From positions 31,062,001 through 31,126,000 of the forward strand of contig OX597821.1 in assembly GCA_951406725.2 (NCBI GenBank): a DNA stretch of 64,000 bases, given 5' to 3'. Within the stretch, counting starts at the first letter, position 1. Every line of letters starts with the position of its first letter. Position numbers and translations under genes: made by a program. This document shows positions 55,551 to 64,000 of the stretch, one piece after another. The stretch is from Octopus vulgaris. Taxonomy: Eukaryota. The notes beneath the pieces are model-generated. The model was not told the origin of the DNA. It did not search any database and saw only the letters and a program-made list of their open reading frames with translations.

Positions 55551-57042
55551 CCCATGTATTTATTTTAACTGTCTAATATGCACCTCTCTGCTTAAAAAAA
55601 TCTTGCTTCTATTTCTCGCAGGCCAAAGTAAAATTTACACCAACTTATCACACTAGGGTATAAGTACTGTGTTCGTATTCCAGTAATTTGCATTTACTCT
55701 TATATGTGGTAAGAACATATGATAAATTACGCAATATGAAAGTAGACGTTACAATGATAAACATTATAGCCGTCATCATTTGGATTCTTTCATTTCTAAA
55801 AGCTTTTGAATTGAGCAATACAGTGATTATTTACGAATAAATTTCCATTTTTTTCCTGATAAGTCGAAATGCCTGGAAAACGTCTCAAGAAAAGTTTCTG
55901 ATAAAGCTGAAGTTTGAATGTATACATAGATATCAAAATATCACGCAATCATGCATTAATATTAAACGATGATGCTAGTCCGTGATATGTCTTTAGTATT
56001 TTCACAGGTTTCCTTGAAGCTAAAGAAAGTATGTTGCTAAATGTGGTCTTGAGACAGAAGTTTGTATACATAGAAAATTCAACGTCAACGGAAAATGGGA
56101 AACTCACAAGGAAGGTAAATTCAATCGGATTTAAAGTACGAAAGGGTTATCAGGAACGGCGTTATTGCATTCGAACATAGTAATTCTGTGTACAAATTTT
56201 CATTAAAACACTGATTGCGCTTTGAATACTAGAAATAATAAGAAATAATATTACTAGAATTGAAAAGAAAATAGCCTAATATTTGATAAAGTCCATTGAA
56301 ACATATGTGCAACAAATCACTGAAATTCAGCCTTCTCTGGTTCTCATTGCTGATACGAGATTCAAAATCAGATATAAATAAAGGAAACATGTCTGTTGGA
56401 AAATTAAAACCTGACTAAAGAAGCTTCAGTATTACAAATTGATATGTAGTGTGTGCCTACCGAAATTTGAAACCGCGATTCGTTAGACAACTGAGAACTC
56501 ATTTGGTAAACAAGAGAATTATCGAAATCCTGTAGTGTCTACAATAAGTGATTGACCAACAGTTTTTTCGTTAAAACAAAGACACACTAATTGACACATT
56601 TAGCAAAAAGAAATAAGCTATTGAAGATACACAAATGCATGTCGGGGCATTGCAATAAAAATACCCACTGAGACATTTTCAAATCTGATATAAGACTCGA
56701 CAAGAACATCTACAATACAAAAAAGAAATGTTTTCGAACGAAGTGTATCACACGCTGTAATTCGAAATTCAGGTGTATGTCGACAAACAAATCCTAAATG
56801 TATGAAAGCTGTCACACAGGGATAATATGATACACACATGCTAAAAACGCAGAGGTGAGGTAAATGCCCCGTATTTCAAGCACTGAATATCACTCTAATT
56901 TTAAAAAAAAGCTAGGATGATTATTTTCTCAAGGATATTAAATGTATTTTCAAACTGATTTTATCCTTTATATGACCACTAATGAGAAGAAAAGATTGTG
57001 TGTATGTGTGTGAATGTATATGTGCGTATACAAATATATGTA

Positions 57043-57095
<53 letters not shown>

Positions 57096-57271
57096 GTATC
57101 TATGTATGTATGTATACATGCATATATATATATAGGTGTGTGTGTATAACAATTGAAAGAGTGAAGATGTAATATACGAGAATATAGTATTACTCACAAC
57201 AATTGTTTCGTCACATCCACCATCGACTCCTCTAGTTGAGGAGAATCCGGTGGTGGAGATGTACAAACACA

Positions 57272-57331
<60 letters not shown>

Positions 57332-57415
57332 ATATACTATTAAATCTTATTTGTTATAAATGTATAGTATAACTATAGCGTCTTCATTTATGTTGTAGAT
57401 TTCTTTTATGTTATT

Positions 57416-57527
57416 GAGACCTGAAGAGTGGCTATGTATCGTTGGATCGAAGAAATATTAATTTTTTGAGAATATCGATTTTGATATTGTAGATTACTAT
57501 ACACAGCAACGAAACGCGCGTCGTCGT
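57416..57527 (+). ncRNA. Type I hammerhead ribozyme in a Penelope-like pLTR
   Basis: GAC CUGAAGA GUGGCUAUGUAU...AUACACAGCAAC GAAAC GCGC GUC GUC: canonical core, G-C closing stem II (10/12 pairs), palindromic stem III loop, GUC triplet. About 60 bp upstream of the PLE RT. Confidence 0.72.
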
Positions 57528-57582
57528 TTTAATGTGTATTTTTTAATGTATATTATATAGTATAAACATTTGTAGTACAAAG

Positions 57583-58390
57583 TTGATAATAATATATAAT
57601 TATTTAAAGGAGAACTGGAAGAGGTATTTCGATCATTGCTTCATACTTCGGAAAGACAGCATGGACAAACTCCTCTATTTCAAGATAATGCTTGCTAACA
57701 TTATTAACAGCATACAATTCACCAAGGAATACAACAGTAAACAACTCCCTTTTCTTGACATCCTAATTAAAATAGTTAACAACCACATCGAAACAGACAT
57801 TTTTTATAAACCCATAGATTCTAAACAATACATATTATTTAACTCTTGCCACCTCAAACACATAAACATTAATATACCTTTTAATCTAGCGAAAATAATC
57901 TGTATAATAGTTTCGAAACCTATACTCCTGAACAAAGACTCCTTGAACTTAGATCAATATTAATTAAAAGATATTACCCAATCTCATGAATAAATTATAG
58001 CATTAAACGAGCTAAGGAAATAGATATACAAACGTTAAGGGAAGTCAGCCGAAATACTAAATCAGACTTAAAAATACTCCCGTACATTTCCACACATATC
58101 CCTAGAAACAAGGAAGCCTTCAACATCATCACCCAAAATCTTCCCATCCTTACAGGAGACAAAACAATGAAAATAATTTTAAGTTTATAGAAAATAATAA
58201 AAAGCAAAATGAAATCAGAAGTCACTGAAAAAATATTAACCAGCGCAAGATATATCCATTAACAACAGAACTAAAATTGAAAACATGTAGTCGTTCTAAC
58301 TGTGGAACATGCCCCACCTTTTGGATGGTTCAGAATTCCAATTTAAACAAGGTGAAATATTTGAGATCAAATCAAATTTTACCTGTGCCT
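57583..58390 (+). mobile_element. Penelope-like element RT/linker pseudogene
   Basis: WKRYFDHCFI (decayed RYxDD), IQFTKE, LPFLDILI, TDIFYKP.DSKQY..FNSCH.KH...NIPFNLA, later KTCSRSNCGTCP. Confidence 0.9.
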
Positions 58391-58782
58391 CTATATAAGA
58401 TATATGATAAAATATCGGTTCCTAATCAATTTAAATATAAAAACGTAATTCATATCAAGATGATAAGGCATACCAGAAGTGAATAAAAATGATTACATTT
58501 AAAGCTGATGATTTCCTCTTCAACAAAACGCGCAACCACTATGGGAGTAGAAACCATAACATTATGATCTTGAGTGCAACACGCCTAACAACTAAGCCAC
58601 ACGCATTCGTATACACAGATATACACACACGTGCTCACAAACACACATACACAGGTACACAAAATCACACACAAATACATATGTGTGTGTGCTCCTGCGT
58701 GGTCGCAGCCAAGTGACTGAAAGAAGGAAAAAATAAAAGAACACAAACTCACACACACACGCATGTATATATGTGAACGTTC

Positions 58783-58831
58783 TTAAGTATGTTTAAGTAT
58801 GTTTAAGTATGTTAAGTATGTTTAAGTATGT
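58783..58831. repeat. 10-bp tandem repeat (ttaagtatgt) x ~5
   Basis: Direct reading. Confidence 0.85.
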
Positions 58832-59025
58832 AAACATATATACGCATGTATATACACGTGCATGCATGTGTGTATGTTGGTTCGAGCCATATTTTCTATA
58901 ACAAATTTAGTTAGATTCGGACTTCATATTAGTTAAATTCGGATTACATCACATTCGATGAAGAAATGATACCGAATGCATAACATTCAATATAAATAGT
59001 TTCGGCGTCGTATACGCCCATTCTT

Positions 59026-59328
59026 GTAGAGGTACATGGCCTAGTGGTGTGAGCAGCGGCAACGCGGTCGGGGTATCGCGGGTTCGAATCTCAGACTGGG
59101 TAATGTGTGTGTTTTTGAGCGAAACACCTAAGCTCCACGCAGCTCCAGGAGAAAGTAATGGGGAAACTTCTACTAACTCTTTCGCCACAACTTTCTCTCA
59201 CTCTTTCCTCCTGCATCTTGCAGCTCACCTGCGACGGACCTGCGTCCCATCCAGGTGGGGAACCTATACGCCAAGAAACCAGGAAACCGGCCCTTATGAG
59301 CCAGGCATGGTTCGAGAAGGAAAAACCG
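59026..59328 (+). mobile_element. SINE family C subfamily
   Basis: tRNA-like head. 13-bp TSD tacgcccattctt at 59013-59025 and 59329-59341. Confidence 0.9.
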
Positions 59329-59391
59329 TACGCCCATTCTTAGAATAGTTTCATAAGTGAATACTTTAGTTTGTTTTTATGCAATCGCACT

Positions 59392-59693
59392 GTTGCTGTT
59401 TGTTCCTTTTCGAGGCGAGTCTGGCTCATAAGGGCCGGTTTCCCGTTTTCTTGACATATAGGTTCCCCACATAGACGGGACTCCGGTCCGTCGCAGGTGA
59501 GCTGGAAGATGCACGAGGAAAGAGTGAGAGAAAATTGTGGTGACAGAGTCAGCAGAAGTTCGCCATTATCTTCTGCCGGAGCTGCGTGGAGCTTAGGTGT
59601 TTCTCTCATAAACACACACATCGCACGGTCTGAGATTCGAACCTGCGATCCCTCGACCATGAGTCCGCTGCTCTAAACACTATGTGCCTCCAC
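59392..59693 (-). mobile_element. SINE family C subfamily, inverted relative to its neighbour
   Basis: Reverse complement of 59026-59328. Own TSD at(g/a)caatc(g/a)cact at 59379-59391 and 59694-59706. Confidence 0.9.
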
Positions 59694-60306
59694 ATACAAT
59701 CACACTCACTAATGACAATATATGCAGGTGAGAGATAAAAGAATTATGAATATTACTCAATATTTTTTCAAACGGAGATTAGTTTTCAATTCACCTGACA
59801 TAAATTATTATCTGCAACTATATTTTAACTTCCATAACTGAGAGCTATCCAACTATATTAATAACATTCACTTGTATTTTTCGAATCGTATATTTTAGAA
59901 TTCTATCTTGACATTTGATGTTAAAAACAATTAGAGGCTGAAAGAATTCGTTATTTCAAATATATTCTCGCTTATGCCTTATTTTTTTATTAATGATCAT
60001 GACAGATAATCGATGAGACATGTGTTGACCAGTATTTTTCAAGGCTTTAATGATGATCATAAATATTTCATTGTAAATTATGACACGACAGAAAGCAAAT
60101 ACATATCATAATATTATTTACAAATGCCTGAATATGGGTAATTATCATTTTTTCAGACGCTTGTCTATTACAACAGTCACTGTCAATCTGCACGTGAAAG
60201 GATCCCAAGATTTCGTTTTACATATATTCACAAACACGCACACGCACTTACAAACACACCGACACACATGCACATGTATATACAGGCATGCAAGCACAAA
60301 TAAATA

Positions 60307-60309
<3 letters not shown>

Positions 60310-60362
<53 letters not shown>

Positions 60363-60395
60363 GTATATATATATATGTATATATATATATGTATA

Positions 60396-60472
<77 letters not shown>

Positions 60473-60499
60473 GTATATATATATGTATATATATATATG

Positions 60500-60530
<31 letters not shown>

Positions 60531-60579
60531 GCATATATATATATATATATGTATGTATATATATATGTATATATATATG

Positions 60580-60626
<47 letters not shown>

Positions 60627-60743
60627 GTATGTATATATATATGTATGTATATATGTATGTGTATATATATATATGTATATATATATGTATATATATAAAT
60701 ATATGTATGTATATATATATATGTATGTATATATATGTATATA

Positions 60744-60822
<79 letters not shown>

Positions 60823-60826
60823 GTAT
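60310..60826. repeat. ~500-bp degenerate (TA)n/(TATG) tract
   Basis: Direct reading. Confidence 0.95.
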
Positions 60827-61227
60827 AGTCCTACTTCACATCGTTTATATATACATCCCTCATTCTCAATGTTCCCAATGTTAAGTCTTGGTGTGTGCAG
60901 TACACTACAAACCTCAATTTACTATCGTGTTCCTTCTAATTAATCCTTTGACATTGTTTTTTTAAGACTCCGGGATGAAGAAAGTTAACATATTAATGTG
61001 TCTTCGTTGATGTAATAACGCACACTCGCCTCCAGAAATTCGCTTCTCGTACAGTAGGTACGATTCTTCTACGATATATTACGAACCTTTGTTTTAATAT
61101 ACTTTAATTGATGTGTTATACTGAACAGTACTGCACCCTATTTTCATTTATCAATTTATTAATCTTTAGGTGTGAAAATGATTATTTTTACTGCAGAAAT
61201 AATTAAAATTACAACAAATATAAATAA

Positions 61228-61339
61228 CAGTCGGCCGGAGCAAACCACCATTTACTGAGGAGACCGCGATATAAATTTACATATATTATCCAGAAAAACC
61301 CTCGACAGGTGAACCGCGATAGGGCGAGGGATTACTGTA
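61228..61339. mobile_element. Tigger/pogo-like DNA transposon terminus
   Basis: Ends gaaccgcgatagggcgagggattactg|ta (reverse complement TA|CAGTAATCCCTCG), typical of Tc1/mariner-pogo TIRs with TA TSD. Confidence 0.55.
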
Positions 61340-61414
61340 TATATGCAGCGTAGTTCGGTGGGTCAGTGAAGTTACCGTTGAGAAAATATATAACTTATCA
61401 TAAAATGTACGCCA

Positions 61415-61749
61415 TTTTAGGGTTAGTTAGGTTTAGGTTAGGGTTAGCGGTGGGGGGAATTGTATCTTTTTTCTTCACAAACGTAAATAAAACCAATCTG
61501 TCTCTTAAACGAGGGACATATTCATGCGGCACAGAATGTTTTTTTTTTACCTCAATGGACGTCACTGATAGGGTGAAATTGCAGAAATTGAGGAAAAAAA
61601 CAACATATAACTTACAAACTATAGAATTTTCTCAATAAAGCCAAGAGAAAAATATGTTTTATAAACACATTCTACCAGCATACGAAGTTTAAATTTTTTT
61701 AGTTACCTAGAAATTATGTTAAAAACTGCCGTTCAACCCGAAAATATCC
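61415..61749. mobile_element. Second, left-truncated copy of the 36729-37160 MITE
   Basis: Collinear from ttagggttag to the right TIR aaaaactgccgttcaacccgaaaatatcc. Confidence 0.88.
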
Positions 61750-62781
61750 GAAATCTTATATAATTTTGTGGAGGGTACAAAAAAATGTTCTATTGTGGCA
61801 ATGTCATGGAACAGGATCGGTACTTTTACTATATATGATATAACATTAGAATACCGAAAAAAAATAATATATATTTAGTAAGTGTAGGGGAATGAGTTTT
61901 GTACGTTGCCACTTATTGTCAACGATATCAGTTTCTTTGTTTTGGTGGGTATTTTCGCAGAATCGTTCGGCGGCAGAACTTTAAATACGCTGGCATTCAA
62001 CTAGACTTTTACACGCAGTATATCTATCTAAAGCGAACATCTGAACAACAAAGACAAAGTCTGCACTGTTAAACTAGTTTTTTTTTACAGTAGTTCATAA
62101 TCTATTTAACAAAATTTAATCTAATATGTAGGTCATGTGCACGTATGTGCCAATTACGCATAAAAATTCATTTGCTGAATTCTAATCAACAGTAAATGCG
62201 ATTGCAGCAATGCAAGATAACGAAAAGTATGTCAGTTGTACAGTTATACGTTTATACAGATTTCTGTCTATCCTATATATTTCCCACTTAACGTATATAT
62301 AAATTTGAGCGCTACATTTCCGTTTAAAATTATCAAAAGCTATTATAAAGTGTCAGCTATTCGCTCTATGATTGTATCAATCTTAATGGGTTTTTCACCT
62401 TTTCTAACGAATTTTAAATTCATGGTATTCTTCTTTTTCGAGATGAAATCCGTTTAGTATTTTAATGTTAGTATATTACTACTCAATTGAATAAGGTTTA
62501 CTGTTGCACATAAGATATAACTTATGCATGCGCACATACACTCACGCGCAAACACACGAACACAAACACACACATGCACGCAGGAGCACACATACACACA
62601 CACACATGCATATAATTTTCATTCTTAAATATACATATCAAAATCCGTATCAATGTGGAATTCACTGGTTTACATTTAATTTCAGTGTGTATTGTTGATC
62701 GAGTGATGTGAATCTGGAAATTCATATTGTCTTTTATTTTCCCATATTTATTCGATTATATTTAATATATGTTACAGTAGG

Positions 62782-62841
<60 letters not shown>

Positions 62842-62868
62842 TACTTGGAGAGTGTGTATATATATATA

Positions 62869-63066
62869 TCACCGTGATCACGTGACCCACCAGGCTATCA
62901 GATGTTGCTACACATCGCTGGTCACAATGCGCTTATTTTAGCCTTCAAATGACGCCAGCCCGCTGGCTAAGCGAGCAGGCCAACAGACGAAAGGGTGAGA
63001 GAAAGTTACGGCGAAACAGTACAGAAGGGATCGCCCCCCCCCACTGCTAGAGACTCGTGGAGCTTT
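62869..63066 (-). mobile_element. SINE family C, 3' part
   Basis: Reverse complement of 12820-13024. Confidence 0.85.
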
Positions 63067-63654
63067 TGACATATATATATATATATATTCTTTTAAGTTC
63101 ACTTACGGGAAACGTTTTGAATGTGCACATAAAAACTTCTCTTTCATTGTGACAGCTACAGCCTAATAATGTCAACTATAAATACCAGGTTTTGGGGGTC
63201 GCTCAACTCAGACACTGAATTCCAACAACTGACAGAGTGCCCCGGCTGACCTGACTACTCCTTAATTCATTTACGTGACATATGCTGACATCTACATACT
63301 CAAGCATAAAATTAAGTATCAACATCACCACACAGACACACCCCCATGCCCATATACCGTCCCCCATGTTCGTCACATTCTACTTCACCCGACTAAATAC
63401 ACTCAGAAATGACCACATACGCCAGTCAACTCTTTCATTGGTAAAAATTGATAAACAATCACCAGTTAAACATCGGTTTACGTGAAATCGCCTAGAGAAA
63501 TGAATACGTGAACAATATCAGATGTTCATGGAAATTACAAGCTGTACTGTAATCATCCTAGGAATACGTATTATGATCTTAAGTGAAACGTGATTTCAAG
63601 AAACACGCGTAGCCATGCATTAAAATATATTTAAATTCCTTCCAAAGATCATTT

Positions 63655-64000
63655 TTATTATTATTATTGAGTGAGAGAGCGGAAACCCAATATACCCATC
63701 ATGACTACCTGTCTGATAAGGGTACACCAGGCACAGGCATCACAACCATATGTGCGCGACATGGTGATCTCATATCAAGATAAACAGCACATGACCTTGC
63801 AGGTGGGGCCCAGTTAGAATTTTCTTCAGGTTGAGTAGCCCATCCCGCTCAAAAGGTCCCTGAATAAGGGTTGTTTAAGGATGTTGAAAGAACCACCCAT
63901 GTTTCCAGAGGTGAATTATTCAAACACCAAAGAATCCCTCTCAACACATGGGTATGATGCTCCCCCACTACTTCTGCTCGTGATCAGAGATGCACATATC
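63655..64000 (-). mobile_element. Probable non-LTR retroelement 3' region ending in (TAA)n (possibly Dong/R4-like); runs off the window
   Basis: Abrupt GC rise after (tta)n. Clade guess rests only on the TAA tail and recall. Confidence 0.4.

Noticed and set aside
60080-60943. 287-aa ORF and the many other YI/HT/CV/E-rich ORFs in the track
   Set aside because: Translations of (TA)n, (CA)n and (GAA)n microsatellites, not proteins.

Overview
AT-rich, microsatellite-dense animal genomic DNA with no confidently recognisable host gene, so probably intergenic or a large intron. The SINE families and repeat landscape look like a coleoid cephalopod, probably Octopus (inferred from recalled repeat families, not database-checked). 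Almost all supplied ORFs are microsatellite artefacts. The real content is transposable elements: CR1/L2-group LINEs (one young 5'-truncated copy at 31956-33909, an old copy at ~7000-9225, a 3' fragment at 14105-14505), L1/Tx1 relics, Penelope-like element (PLE) RT and GIY-YIG fragments, four tRNA-derived SINE families, mariner relics, a Helitron and TIR MITEs. The most interesting signal is about nine type I hammerhead-ribozyme-like motifs. Most lie in short, mutually unrelated elements in or beside (TA)n tracts, some as inverted or palindromic duplications. One has a canonical core and lies just upstream of a PLE RT fragment. Three read CUGNNGA-A before stem II, with an extra A. This suggests a diverse set of non-autonomous, ribozyme-bearing PLE-derived or retrozyme-like elements. 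All alignments and folds were done by eye.
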